Shown: positions 38,987-53,032, numbered from the stretch's first letter. The stretch: 64,000 bases of DNA from Tubulanus polymorphus (GCF_964204645.1 NC_134028.1:9362001-9426000), one strand, 5' to 3'. A program made the numbers and translations. The notes: a model not told the origin generated them from the sequence alone.

Positions 38987-39194
38987 AGGCTAAAAAATGA
39001 TACATTGTTTCTCCTAATCGGCCGAGTCATTTTTGTAAATCACAACAAACATCAGTTCATTTCTACAGCTGCCGGGTCTGTTACGGTTAGCTTGATGTTC
39101 TTTTTTGTAAGTAATGTACAAAACAGATAGGCAGTCGGGCAGGTCAACTTTCAAATTCAACAGAAAGGAAAAACAAGGTATCGGTATCTAGCCG
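38987..39194 (+). mobile_element. MITE family H (Harbinger-like AGGC..GCCT ends), copy 1
   Basis: TIR AGGCTAAAAAATGATAC(A/C)TTGTTTCT / AAACAAGGTATC..TAGCC; copies at 41373-41584 and 59395-59603. Confidence 0.8.
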
Positions 39195-39524
39195 TATGTG
39201 ATCGATTTGTGATTTATGAGATGATTCGGAACGCCAGTTATTCAGTTTAACGTGCAGTAAGCGATACATCTGGTCTTTCCAGTTTCGCGCGCGGTTTTTA
39301 ACTTGTCGTTGATTTTACGTGCGCGTTCCATTCCCGCATCATCATCATGTTCCATTTCAAAGCTTACGTAATCGAAGAAAAACCCACAATCAAAAGAAAA
39401 TTCAAAGAGCGTATGGTATAAAGTTTCGACTCGAAGTAGTCGAACGATATAGTTACGAAAAACAGTCGATACTAAAACATGGAAGTGAAAAGGTATAAAT
39501 CCAGTAATATATACAGTGGATAAC

Positions 39525-39672
39525 CGATTGATGGAACACTTCCGTGTTGTGACGATATATAGATAACCCCACACTAATATAGCGAAAGATGAAATCCGAA
39601 AACTTTCCTTTCAGTTTTAGATTCTTAGATCCGACGTTGCGACTCGGTATATTCTTATAGTCATCTTCGGGA
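39525..39672 (-). mobile_element. Penelope-like pseudo-LTR fragment, degenerate hammerhead
   Basis: Reverse complement CCGAAGATGACTATAAGAATATACCGAGTCGCAACGTC..CAACACGGAAGTGTTCCATCAATCG aligns to 33598-33730; both catalytic boxes are mutated. Confidence 0.7.
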
Positions 39673-41372
39673 TACTAAGTGAAACAAAATACGGGGTATA
39701 ACAAGCCATCGAGAGCAAAGAGGTAATTTAAGTAGAAGCAAACTAGGGGTATACATAACATACGTATTCTCCATATATACAGATATATAGAGTGGAACCT
39801 CGTTAAAACAAATCTCGTGGGTAAAAGTGAAATTGTCGCATTAAACGGTTTTCATATTATGCAAAGCTTGATTGATATACGTATCTTAGCTGGGACTTGA
39901 TCGAGAACCTTAGTGTCTGATGTACCATACTAGTTTGAATATATAGGATCGCAGAGCTACGGAGATCTCTGTGGAAACAACCACTGCCAGGACGGGTGAA
40001 ACCTGGGACATGCTGGAAATCATCTTAATAAACGTGTTTTTTCTTAAACAGTATCGAGGCCGAACTATAATTCAAAGAATGGCAGCGTTTTGTCTAGAGA
40101 AACCAACATTGCGGTTAAGTCTGACTTGGCGTTTTCTAGATCTGTTTCTTTTGTCACTTTTAGAAAAGTCTTGCTGACGTTTTCCTGAATTCCCGGTGGA
40201 CGTGACGAGTTTCTTCGACCGTCCCATGACGCGACGCGTTCACCGTAAACCTGGTATCATGAACGTATCGGATGCAATGGAACGACACGTGTTGTCTGAA
40301 TTCCAGTTAGGTGCTACCAAAATTACTTTTAGGATTTCTATCCTAATAATATAAGTATAATATTAGATGCGAAAATAAATTCATTTATTCACTCAGTTTT
40401 TTTTCCTACAACGAACATACAGCGAACGACCCCAAAGTCATTTAAAGTTTGGCTTGTAAAACTACTAACCGCCTTGGACTTGACTAACCATTATTTGCCG
40501 TTCTACCAAACATTTCCTATCTTCAATACGTTCCCACGCAATAAAAAAGCTCTCGCATGTTACAGTCTTTAATCATCGAACAAGTAACTAAGCTTAAATG
40601 AAACAAATAATGACTCAACATTTTCGACGGGGAATAAGTTTCTAACAAGGTGAATATTGTGCATTTCAGGATACGTATTTTCTGGAGAGCCGAGTGAACT
40701 GCGTGCAATTCCGTTACGTGATTAAAAATGTCACACAAATCCAGTATCGATGCACCTGCTATTTTCTGCGCTGTCGTCGTCGTCGCTGTGTACGACAAGC
40801 GATGAGTAAGCATTTCTTCTCGTACGGCTGCAACAGAAACTCGGCGAACAACCACTGGCCGCGGACTATTTTCTAATCATGGTTTAATACAGATAGCGGA
40901 AACCTGTGATAATCATTTGATAATCAGGGATTAATTTCCTCCTTGTTCAGGAATGTTCAATAGGACGTAACGGTATTACTCATTCCCTTACAAAGTTCCT
41001 ACTAATTACAATAACCCGAACATCTTTTGTGTCTCGGCTATTTTTCTCCTGTGAAGGAAATTATGGTATTGTACTTCTCGTGCGAGGACAGCTTTTTCCC
41101 GATACCATTCTATGAGACGTTGTTTGTATAGTCTGTCGTCGATGGAAGTTGCACGAGTCAGTAACATGATATCACACACACACAGGTTTCGTGCATTGAT
41201 ATAACCGTCCGTGAAAGATGTTTGGCGGGTTGCGGTAATTATCAAGGGGGTCCGGTTCCTTTTTGCTCAAATGTGGCTGAAGAGCTAGAAATATTAATTT
41301 TTTACTCATTAGGCGAAATCGTATTTTAACAATTCGAATAGAATCCGTAATTGCGAAACTCCACGGCAAACT

Positions 41373-41584
41373 GAGCAAAAATTACACCTTTTTCCTAATC
41401 GGCCGGATCATTTCGTAAAATGCAAATAGAAATTGAAATCAGATCATTTACATAATAGCTACCAGTCTTATGGTTGGCTTGATCATGATTTAAAAAAAAG
41501 TTGTGTACAGGGTAGATAGGCGGCCGGCTGGGACAACTTTTGAGCTAATCAGGAAGGAGAAACAAGGCATCCACTTTTTAGTCT
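41373..41584 (+). mobile_element. MITE family H, copy 2
   Basis: Colinear with 38987-39194. Confidence 0.75.
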
Positions 41585-41649
41585 AACAACTTGATAACTG
41601 TTCATAGATAAATGCTTGTTCCCAACGCTAGGACCTCTCTCTATTCATT

Positions 41650-42385
41650 AATGTATCACATCCTTGTCAAGGGGAAATGTCTTGGGACTACTTAACCGGA
41701 TACCGGAGTTGAGCTCAAATTCGACTCTCATCCTCGCACCTTTTCGAATGTATTTTTCCAAAATTTCTAACGACGAGGGGCAAACCAGCTTGCCGTCTGT
41801 TCTATCCATTCCTTTTCGACAGACGCCGTTCAGTATTCCTAGATCTACCAAGCGTTCCCAAGGTTGGATGTCAACAACACTGTAAAAATTGGTATCACGT
41901 CGGTCAGTCCAGGTTTGGCCATGACGAAGCATCGAGTCAGCGTCGTGACCAATACTTCGATCTTTGTTGCACATTAACGACTTCATCTGTAAATTCATCT
42001 GTGTCCCAAAGTGTCAGTGGTTGGTTACTGGTGATATCTGGGAATAATCGTTTTGACACGACACGTCGTCAGTTATCGTCTGAAATTCAATCAATCGGCA
42101 ACAATGGCGACAGTTACACCTCGTTCCATTGTCTTATAACGATAATCGATTTGACACGTGACCACCTGGTGTAATAATATTTTCACGTCTGCAATATGGC
42201 AGATTCGGCGTATTTGATTCACGATGGAAATTTCCGAAAAATTGCTGAATAGTACGTCGTACGTTACTTTTATTTGAAAAATAATGTCGTTCGGTCGGCT
42301 GAACATTTCAGAATGAGACCCCCAGGCATATGCCCATGGCATCAAAAATTATCGCGACACCTATACCCTTAGCAACCGTCTGTGG
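41650..42385 (-). pseudogene. Highly decayed Ty3/Gypsy integrase remnant
   Basis: In order on the minus strand, across frameshifts: CHGHMPG (cf. HxGHxG), DVKILLHQVVTCQ (cf. DIxxxVxxCxxCQ), PWERLVD (cf. PWxRVxxD), SGIRLSSPKTFP (cf. GIxHxTSSPxYP). Confidence 0.45.
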
Positions 42386-42454
42386 ATTTAATGAATCAGG
42401 GCATAATCAGTTGGTAGATAAGCCGTGTTAACCTGATTGAGAATAAGTAAAACG

Positions 42455-42610
42455 AGATGGATAGTATTTCACAGGTTAACTTTGTTTATTTGAAGTACCG
42501 TCTTTCGTTACTGGTATAGTAGCTTCATCGGGTGAATGATGAAGCTACCATAGACATTGGAAGCGAAAGCTCGTACTAAACAAGTCAACTTATTAAGTAC
42601 TATTCCGTCT
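42455..42610. mobile_element. Penelope-like inverted pseudo-LTR pair with degenerate hammerheads (second family)
   Basis: Right arm aTGATGA-A-GCTACCA-TAGACAT-TGGAAGC-GAAA-GCTC; the left arm is its diverged reverse complement (CCGATGAAGCTAC..CGAAAG). Confidence 0.65.
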
Positions 42611-43043
42611 GCTAGTCTTCAATCCACGCTGTATGCACTGGATCTTCAAGCTTTTGAATTCGGATGTTTGGAAAAGCGGTTTTCCAACTCAAAGGAGAAT
42701 ATAGTTTGAAAGAAATGGTCGAGATGGCCCTAACTGGATATATGGTGGTGGATCTTCGCTTTATTTAAGTGGAATCTGCAATTGCCACAGCGTCGGTTCC
42801 CCATTTCCTAAAAAAATGATAATATTAAGAGGATCTATTGACGCAGACATCTATTCTGGAAGGGAAGTAGTACACAGCAACTGAAGCACTTCGCTTGGCT
42901 TTGCTGTTGCCTTTCATATATTCGTGTTTCGTCAAAAGAAAAGATATCCAAGCATCAATTCACGGGGGAACGCAACGACTTGGATTAACTACAATTTCAT
43001 GGTGATTATATTTCATACAAGTTGATTCCTCGCGCGATGAGAG

Positions 43044-43088
43044 GTCGTCTCGTATTTTGTCGACTACAGCTCAGCCTTCTGCTATAAT
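43044..43088 (+). pseudogene. LINE reverse-transcriptase motif remnant
   Basis: FVDYSSAF, preceded by RLV with a 1-nt shift, resembles the RxLFVDFSSAFN motif of Rex1/L2-like RTs. Confidence 0.35.
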
Positions 43089-44829
43089 GCGTTGTCCTGC
43101 AAGGAGCAGCACTCTCACGGGATGCATCGCTATACTGCGACTGTATTGTCATTCGTATAAAACCATATTAATCAAAGAGAATATTTTGGAGAAACTCAAA
43201 ACATCCCATGAGGTGTTTGTCTAGTTGTATCATATCTCTGAGCTCGTTAGATTTTTCATTAAATACTCTGTCAATATGAGACGCAGTGCGGTTTGCTATT
43301 TACCTGTGAATATTCAAATAGACAATCAACTATTGTACTTCACTGATGAGTCAAAAAGTAAAACTGATACTTTACACACATTCCCTGTAGACATTAAGCG
43401 CCACTGAGATGTTCATTGTATCAAAAAGGACAGGGAAACATTTTCAACGTTTGCTCATCTTCTGTAGACACCGCAGATCTCCAGTTCACTATCTACACAT
43501 TTCTGTCGAAGGGAATAGTGTAGTGTTCGTTTTTAATGTAGCCGTTTTCATGATACCGACATGATTGATAGAGACCCAACATGAGTGAAATCCATGTTTA
43601 GTCGTATCTTGAATAGGATAATTTGTGTGCCTTAAATCAACTTCAGATATCGCTTTTTACAATATCATCATCACTCTCTATATTGAACGCTTCAACAAAT
43701 ACCTTACTTGTTATAAGGTTTATTCAAATGTGGAAATTAATAGATTAGATGTTTCATTGGATTAAACTTCAATGAGGATATCACAAATCCTTTCCGATGT
43801 TTTAATGGAATTCGGATATTACCAATAGTAATAATGTGGTAGTTTTTTTACCTTGTAACTTGAATTTGACACTCAAAAAATGTGAAATTCGTTTCCGCCC
43901 TAATTACGAAACCACATTTAACCAGTTATTGATATTTCCAGCCTGGAACCAGGGCGATCCATCTAATCCCCTCCTTGTTTCGACTAAACGACATCTTTCA
44001 CTGCACTCCTGCATACAATGCGAAACTGCGTGGATTGCTTAGACTAAACGATGCCTTTCACTGATCCTCCGCCGCTATCAGCTAAAACATCAGGACCGCC
44101 TTTAAATGCTTCATTGCCGATTCATAACTGCAAATCTACTTAGGCGATTAATGGTGCGAAGTAGTCGAGCGAAGATTTCCCAACTCGGATGAGATTTAAC
44201 GCAATTTAAGAAGCACACAGTTGACACCTACCTCAGGTACTTGGGATGATAAATCAGCATTACAGTAAAACATTAATGGTTGTTTCCATTCTGCATGTTT
44301 CACTGAGTAATGGCTCAAATGCTTTACTTTCATACTCATTACAACGGAATATGGGTTGTGATTTTGCTGTAATAGATCATCAGTATTACTGAACGCAATA
44401 ACCCGATTAGTAGTTAGGAGTCGATGTATGTTGGAATGGATATTCATATCAAGGTGTTCCTCGGGGACTGGATAACAGTCTAGCCTGCAGCCCGTGCCTG
44501 AATACATATCTGAATCATTACTTTCAATTTTAAAACCACTACATGTAGAATACTTATGTTTGGTAGGTTTCGTGTTTAGATATCAGTTATTATTGATCTG
44601 ATGGCCGCAATTTCAGAAAGAAATCGGGAAGTACGTATTTGGTAGGATAGCCGCGTCACCTCCGTCAGGACCGTATAGACCTACGCGAAGTACTTCCTAG
44701 ACCCTACCCACGATGGCCATTTTCAAATATTTTTGACAAAATCACAAATACACATTAGGAATGTTTAAATACTACACAGGATACTATTGCATCAACGATG
44801 AATTTTTTGTGGAAATCGTCATCGTCTAT

Positions 44830-44935
44830 TGGAGTGGTGCCACCCACGCTACGACAGGCTGATGTGGCCCTTCGACATCATATGCTGCACGCGTGGATTG
44901 TTGGCGGACCATTACCTAAAAGCAACAAAGTAAAC
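44830..44935 (+). pseudogene. Gypsy integrase remnant
   Basis: VVPPTLRQ..LRHH and IVGGPLPKSNK resemble VVPxxLRxxVLxxxH and DIVGPLPKS. Confidence 0.4.
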
Positions 44936-46333
44936 CCTCTCGGTTATCGTCCCGACGGTTGCAACAACGTTCCTGTACTTATCTTCAATTTTTTGTAATT
45001 CTCCACACTCGATTTACCACTTCAGACATTTGTTGTTTATGTGACAGCATAATGGGCTTTGATTGGAAGTGGTTGAGAAAGCAAGTAGTGTTCGTAGCCG
45101 AGACATGGCCTGGCCAGCAACAAGCATCACTGGTAGAAAGCACCAGTGATGATATCCAGAACCGAGATCTGGCCTAGCATGCATGGACGTATAAAACTAG
45201 AGTTAGTTTATATGCCGATTGGCTTAGGTAAAGCCCTTCGGTGCAAGCAGAGGGTTGCTGTGAGTCAAACCAGAGCTTTGACTTATGAACTCGCGTGTCG
45301 GCTCTTTTAAATCATACACGCCTATTGAAGCATTCTACGCATATATCGGTGCAGAACTCGTTCCTAAAATGGCCAATTTTGTTAGTAACGAAGAACCCTG
45401 TCTGCATTCCGTGATTACGCTTCGCCGATGAATTATATCTCGCTGCCGCGCAGTTGAGAATCAATGGTTAAATGAACTGCCTTCTAGATCGATATTTGCC
45501 ATTGTAGTTGAGGCAACTAGAGCAATTCTACTCGTCCATGTAGCAGCGTGTATAAGTTAAAAGACACGGCCAATTAATGTCTTATGCATCTTGTAACTGT
45601 TCCTACGTGAGTTTCTTCTTACATTTGCACAAGCTCCTCTTCTTTAATTGCAATAGATACTCAAATACTGTCTGACATCGCCGATCCAGTGCATACATGC
45701 CGCCACCAAAAAGTTTCGATGAGAACTTACGCGCTAGGCAAATGCATGTTAAGGACCCTCAATACGAACGTCCTCATTGCTATCTTTTTACCGAAAGTTA
45801 CTGTTGAAGCTATTTTTCACTTATTTATTTTTATTACTGTGGATGATTCTAATTCGGAATTTATTACGCCCGCCAAAGGGAACGGTTCCAGGTACTGCAA
45901 TAATGATGACCCAGATATATGTATTGTATTATGATTTTTTTTTGCGTTTGCGTCCCGCTGGTGTCGTTAAGGGAGGAAAGTTGAGTCATTTTTCATCAGG
46001 TTTTCCTACATTTGTCGTTGTAATTATTGCGTTATTTCCCTCTAAGGAGCGAAGCAGGTGAAAACGTGAAATTAATAGCCCTGTGTTATGGGTATCAACG
46101 CCAGCAAGCGCTGGTACCTTTTTACACCACGTCATCCATTTCCAACAGAAACACCGTTTAGTGCTGCCATCTTCCGGTGACAAATATCCTTTGTGTTCAT
46201 TTAAAAAGCCACTGGCGCAATCTTTCCTAAACTTGTTAGGAGAAAAATCATGATTATTCTCGTTCAGCTACCAACGAAAGATTCGGCGAGAGGGTCTGCT
46301 AGTTTAAATTCGAATTCAAGAAAATAGGGAAGC

Positions 46334-46405
46334 TTTATTGAACAAGATTATTAGCAAAGACGCCAATGCACCCGCCTTGCATGGCGCACCACTGATAACA
46401 CTGGC
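46334..46405 (-). pseudogene. LINE RT motif remnant
   Basis: SVISGAP / QGGCIG / SLLIILFNK with two frameshifts resembles VxSGVPQGSxLGPLLFxxFIND. Confidence 0.45.
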
Positions 46406-48929
46406 CTGACATTTAGATTTCGTAGGCCAAGTTTTTTTGGTGGCAAGTAATATGTATCAATTGATTGAACTATCGGCAATTTTCTGGATTCTAAACTTAT
46501 TCATTAAAAAGACAGGAGAATTCATCAGATAGAAAAGAAGTTATGAAATTTAATTAGATACAAAATGAATAACATTATAGGTCTACATTGTTCTTGTTGT
46601 TTTGAAACAACCAATACTGATGACGTAGTGCACACACACTCCATTACTGATCTTCAAATAACGCATATATATAGGTATCAGTGTATAAAAAAAACCTTTT
46701 TGTAACGGCTTCGATGGCGTCACAATTTATGATAATTGCCTAGTTCTTGTTAAATGACGTAATCATTAATATGTGTACGGCACTTCTTCCCGTGTGATCT
46801 ATCGGATCGTTATCTCGCGAGCATCGCTTTGTGACAGCGTTCGGACAAATGATGCGTCCACGCCAGATGGACGCAATCACGTGTAAGACGGCAGCGTTTG
46901 ACGTCACGGTCGGCTGACCAGACACAATGAATACCTAGTATACGCCTGATGCGTCAAATACAATGACTCGTGACGAATATGGCGGCTCGGTTAATGATGG
47001 TCAATTAGAACAACATTCGATATCGGCGACGAGACCCGATTTTGATTCGTCACCAGAAATAAATTGATCGCCAGTATTTGAAAATGCCGATGTTGCCGGT
47101 CTGCGAATGATTCAAATAGTTTTCAATGAGTCACAAAATCCTGGAGGAAAATATGACTAAAATATCTGGAAATGTCATTGTGAACACAATTCGCGAAAAC
47201 CTAAACAATTCGAACACGTGTGTATTATCCACAGCATCCGAGTATACTAAGAACAGACGATATGCCACTTCCAAGGTCCTTGCATTCAACGATATTTATG
47301 AGCCAACATTAAGCACCTATCTTTATTCCGAATACGATAACCTTTAACATTGATAAATCAAATTGTAATATACCGAATAATATGGTTCAATAAAACAGTT
47401 CAACACAGCTTCCAGACCTGTTATTTTGTGTGAACTCTGCCGTTGTAATATGGGGAAAACGCTATCGTTCAGCCAAGAATCCAGCACAGTGGGCTATATT
47501 TTGTTGTCTCGGGAATTTAGGATAGAAAACAAATGAAGACGATTGAAGGATTTATTGGTGTTCTTTATTCAGTGCGCATAGTCAGATTCTGTCGAAAGGT
47601 CGATACAGTATCGTGATTATGATAAGAGATTTTGGTGGTGAATTGAAAGCTTCCGAGGCAAATAAGACTGAATTCAAAAACACAAATTCAATGTAGACTT
47701 TATCTATACATCGTATGCTGAAACTTAAGTAAACTTCGGAGAAACTATTCGTAATCCTATGCATTTGGTCGATTCAACGTGGATCCATTTGGGACTTTGA
47801 ATTCAATAACCATGGACTTTCAAACGACGAAAGAGTCCATGATTTAACTGATGGGCAATTAGGAGTAAAGTACGTAGGCTTTGTTTCAACCATACACACC
47901 ATTCTCGTATTGACGTGTCGGAAAGTGGCATTTTAGGATCCAATATCACGACGTCGGTATTTTGTGACCCATCACGGCACTCAGGTGTGCCATCGTCGAT
48001 TTTCTAGTAGCGTTTTAACAATTCGGTAACGTATTTATCACGACGGAACTGAGTAGTATAACGATAATGCCCTGATAAAAAAACTGATGTAATTAACCTG
48101 AAAGACAATGGACATCAAACGGTAACCAGTCTACTTGAATATAATCTAATACATGAGTCCGATACTGAGTTACTTTGTACTTGCCGTAATTATCTTGTCT
48201 TTGATTCAGTGAAAAGGTTTACGGAACTATCAGCGTCTAGCACGCTGAAAGTGCCGCCGATATTTCTGAACCTGCTGGGAATTACCTTACCGGTATGAAA
48301 AGATCGTTGATGTAACTTTGATCTGATTGGTCCACATCGATGCTTATACATGACCGTATCCGTGCCTCTGGACAAATACTATAAACCGAGATTTATCTAA
48401 CATCTGGTTGTAATTTGCATTGTTGTGGAAAGAGGAGTTATTGTTCTAAAGACGACCGCCATTGTTTCCTATTGTAATTAACCCGCGCGCGCACCTGCTA
48501 TAATAAGGCGACCCATCTAATGGACGAGTACCCGCGGCGCGTTTTGACTCATCATTTACACGACTCATAATTGCGGGTATTTTTGAATAATAACGAACGC
48601 GTATGGTTGTAAGGTGTTGTTATTATGTGATTGGTGGTCACCTCTCGCATTGTCAGTGCTGCAACTCAGCTGCCTGGCCCCGGGAACATCTAAAGGGCGT
48701 TTGAAATGTGCGACTTCGCAAGTTTCACCCCGTTTGAGATACTTAAGAAAGGACGCTCAAAAGTTGCATGACTCCTGTTCTTGAGAACGGTATGTCTAAT
48801 TGCCTTATCTAAACGAACGCATTTTCCCGATTCTCGCCATAATGCATAGTTTATACATGTATTTCTACATATCAGTTAAATGTGCAGCATTGCGACCAAG
48901 TTGTGCATGAACAGAACTTAAAAGTCTGA

Positions 48930-49365
48930 AATAAGATAAACAAGAAAACAAAGTTTATTGACACCTTAAAAAATAACACATACAATTGTATAATTTTGTT
49001 GACAATGAATAATATCTTGATATGAAGTATATATTATTGATGATAAATAACGTTATTTTGCATTGGGATATATCGATAATTGATTTGAAATGACCGGCAA
49101 CCAGTCTAGCTCATGGGCATTGGTAACGTAGTACACATCCTCTCAAAAATTACCATCAAAATTTATCATGAATAAAATAAGAGTAATGGAATATATTCTA
49201 TCACAAGATCAATGCCAAAATTCATAATCATAATGGTAATTTTCGCCGATATTGATGACGCAGTGCACATCGACTCACACAGAACCTCTTAATTAACGCA
49301 TACTAGGTATCAACGTATATAGATATTATTTTTGTAACGGTTTTTACGGCGTCAAAAAAAAACCG
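48930..49365 (-). repeat. Family J copy
   Basis: Reverse complement of 28211-28605 (GACCGGCAACCAGTCT, CACATCCTCTCAAAAAT, CATCGACTCACA). Confidence 0.75.
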
Positions 49366-49713
49366 CGACGTCGATGAATTGAAGTCTGAATACGAGTCGT
49401 ATTATTAAGTTTTAATGATCGAAGGTTTGGAGCTGCGGTATGAGGAAATGACAATGTCATGCTTAGATAAACACGATAATGGAAATATCATTTTTAACAC
49501 TCACCTTTGTACTCGTGTGTGAGATTGCTGCTGGAAGACAAAGGCATGCTTGTGCGTCATACCTAGCTTGCTTTCAATTAAGGAAACATCTGTTCAGAAC
49601 TATCGAATTCAAATTCGTTTTCACCGATTAAACTTTCGATTGAAAAATCAAAGGTTAAGTAGTTTCGCACGAGGGCGCGTGACAGGACTACAATCGCCGC
49701 AAAAGATAGTGTT

Positions 49714-49795
49714 CGACGAGGATGGGATTCGCACCCACGCGGGAAGAACCCAATGGATTAGCAGTCCATCGCCTTAACCACTCGGCCACCTCGTC
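49714..49795 (-). tRNA. tRNA-Ser (GCT), B-box variant or possible pseudogene
   Basis: 82 nt; differs from 58461-58542 at T55>G (GGTGCGAATCC) and two variable-arm positions; TTTT terminator downstream. Confidence 0.9.
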
Positions 49796-49988
49796 ACATA
49801 TGACACCAACGAATCCTGCTGAAATTCAAATGTTCCCTTAAGTTGTTGATTCGGAATTAATTCAAACACAACTGGGTATTATATCAGCGCAAAGGTCTTC
49901 TTATCGATTGGCTTCGTATATATGTAGCCAGGTTACTGGTCTATTAGGTATATAATATATATGTGGGCTATTGTATGAGGGGTGGGCA

Positions 49989-50281
49989 CAGGCCTGTGCT
50001 GAGTGGAGGGCGGGTTCGGGGGGTAAAACGGATCCCCTAAGAAGTGCCCTTCGCGAAGTCAGTTTCAAGAAAATTCGGTTTTGCAAATTTGGGTACAATT
50101 ATTGTCATGAGTTTTTTTAAATAAAAAGTTATCCATTCTCAAACGATCTATTCGAGTAAAATCGTTTTTTGTTTATGTTATAAATATTAAGGTTATAAAA
50201 AGATTCAAATTCAAGACCTCTTTCGAGTGTGTCCTTTTTCACAGTGGAAAGGTGCCCTTTTCTTGAAATAGAACTGCCCTG
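49989..50281 (+). mobile_element. hAT-like family N copy
   Basis: CAGGCCTGTGC start, with AAGTGCCCTTC and AACTGCCC blocks shared with 20965-21257. Confidence 0.6.
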
Positions 50282-51670
50282 AATATAAAAATGTACACAA
50301 TTCCATCTGTGTGGGTCGATGAATTTCGAGTGGATGTTTCATATGTCATCGATATTGTGGCTAACCCGAATAGACTGGTTGCCGATCAATTCAATTCAAT
50401 TCACGATATATTCAAATTCGAAATAGCTTTTTTTCTCCTTTAGAAATTATATCACACTATTATTGTCGACAACATTTGGCAATATTTTGTGAACTATGAA
50501 ATTACGCCAAAGGGGTTTCAAAAAAGAAGTGTTATTTTCATCTTGTGGTTTTCAGCTAATCTCGGACAACTGAAGCGTATTGCCATTTCTTGGCAAAGTG
50601 ATGCGTAGCTTCACTAAAAGGCATTTTACATTCGGTTGGCTACAATTCATTTATTCTTACCGTTCAAGTGTGTTGTCGAACAATTTCTCTGACCAAACAT
50701 ACAAGAAGATTCAGTGGAAGCTGCCAGTGGATGTTTGCGTATAGTTGCTCTCCCGTCAATCTCACCAGATGACGCAATGATACGGTTACATGGGACTTGG
50801 AGTTACGAAATTGCGCCAAATATAGTTTTTTATTGGACGTTTTAGGGTAACATGGCCTACCGTGGGGCAAAATATGACCCCATTGGCTTTAGAGGGACAG
50901 ATTAATGATTTTGTCTAGTTCATTTCATCTTAGTTTTGGATATCATAAATCTGTAAGTTTTGACGAAATCTTCGTCTGACGGCAGAGCAGTATCCAGGCA
51001 ATAATGTCAGAGGTAAAATACCAGCAGGAAATATGCAGAGTTGTGTTTGCAGAAGTGGATGTGAGAAACATTGGATATGATATCGTTATTTATACTAGAT
51101 GGTACACACTATGATTTTACATATTGAATGCAGTTTAGATAACCTATAACATAACATATTATTAGCGTTAATTATCAATTTGATTTAGATATATTCTAGA
51201 TTAATGAAAATTATAAAGTGAATGGCCAGTGATATACTTACTTCAATGCAGTCATTGATTGTCTTTTACAATATATATTGCGGCTGATTGTAGATAAAAA
51301 GTCAGAAATCGACACAAAAGTTGAATGTTAAATCAACAGTCATTTCTTATCTCAAAACAGTCATTGCGTATCACTAATGATGGATCAAAAATTGTTGTGG
51401 AAGAAAACGCATAAGTTTGAGAAGTTTCTCGCTAGCTAGTTTGTGGTAAATCTTTGTATCAAATATGCAATCAAATGGTTGGTTAAGGAGAAGATCTGAC
51501 ACACTATTGAAATTCATTAAATCAAAAGTTTTGTTACATGCAGCCAGTAAATTGAGATTCTTTTTGCGTTGTTATGAAAAATTATTCAAATTTTCACTGA
51601 CCACCACGTTGCTGTGAAAGCAAACCCATTTTTGTTTATCGCGTTTGTCAATATTTTTACCTCTAGTAAC

Positions 51671-51806
51671 GCCAGTTGCATAGTCACGGCTTAGACCGAA
51701 AACCAGTCTAATACCAACTTAGTTCTACAGCCAATCTAACAAATTGAGACCCGTCTTAAGATTTTAGACCACTGTGGGACTCAAGTTACGAGTGTGCAAC
51801 CAGCCC
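51671..51806. mobile_element. MITE family C, copy 2
   Basis: Reverse complement of 8412-8547; followed by CTG. Confidence 0.8.
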
Positions 51807-51825
51807 CTGGCATTCATCTATGAAT

Positions 51826-52700
51826 CCAGGTAATAATGCCAGAAGTAAAATTCCAGAGGTAAAAATGCCAGAGGATAATCACACCATAAGTAAATATGCC
51901 AAAGGTAAAACTCCCAGAAAGAAATATGAGAAAAATTAAGCGAAGAATTTATTAACATTGGACCTGATATTCTTATTTACACTAGATTTTACGTAATGAA
52001 TGCACAGTTTAGATATACCGTGCATTACAAATTCCTATGATTATAAACATTTAAAAAATGAACGACAAATTTATAAGATAAAAAAAATCACAAATTTATA
52101 TAACAAAGTCTGACACAAGCAAGAAATTCATTAAAATTATTGATATTCTTATTCGCTCGAGATGATATTGAGATGCAACATATTCTTAGATCATTGGAAG
52201 TTAAAAAATTAATGCACATATTCTTACATAATCGAAATAAAAATACGAACATAGTCATGATATATAACACATTTAACCAAATTAATGAACATTAACAAAT
52301 GAATGCACTGAGTTTACATATTGAATGCACAGTTCATATAAAGCATATTTCTATGTATAATAATAGGTATGATAATTAAAATCAAAAACTTTTCGACAAG
52401 TTAGTTTGCTGTAATTCATTACTTCCAAGCAACAATTCGATGAAAAGTTTTGAAGTTTTGATACACTTGTTTCTTATAATCATTGAATCAATTTAACCTT
52501 CTGGCATGATTTCCTCTGGCATTTTTACCTGTGGCATTTTTACACCCCTGGCATTTTTACCTCTGGAATTTTTACTTCTGGCATTATTACCTACGGCATT
52601 TTTACCTATGGTAATATTACCGTGTACCTTTATCTATGGCCTTTTCTTACCTCTTGCATTCATTTTTACCTATGGCATTACCTCTGGTATCATTGCCATG
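51826..52700. mobile_element. Foldback/Mutator-like element with inverted arrays of ~15-bp repeats
   Basis: GGTAAAAATGCCAGA repeats at 51828-51920 and TCTGGCATTTTTACC repeats at 52497-52697 around an AT-rich core. Related fragments lie at about 50993-51140 and 53325-53398. Confidence 0.7.
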
Positions 52701-53032
52701 TAGGCCTATCGGCCGAGCATCGTACTGGAAATTCCTGAGGACATTAGAATACAATAGAAATGCGTAATGATATTTGCTTGTCCATATCCACAACTCTGTT
52801 ACATCATAGCGATTGTATTCAAGTAACTCCACAAGTCTCATTTTCACTTATAAATACACATTGTTCATTCATCATATACAAACCACTAATTGTAATCATA
52901 CACTATGTAGTAATTCAATACAATCAAATAACATCTGACATCGATCTATTCTTCCGATGTCGGTTGCTACCAACAATTAAAGATATACAATATCCCGTCA
53001 TCCGATTTACGTACGTACGTCGTAATACCCTG

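Noticed and set aside
43342-43365. CTGATGAGTC as a hammerhead start
   Set aside because: No stem II partner and no GAAA box follow.
52497-52703. Hydrophobic 65-aa repeat ORF (LAFLPLEFLLLALL)
   Set aside because: It is a translation of the 15-bp terminal repeat array of the foldback element.
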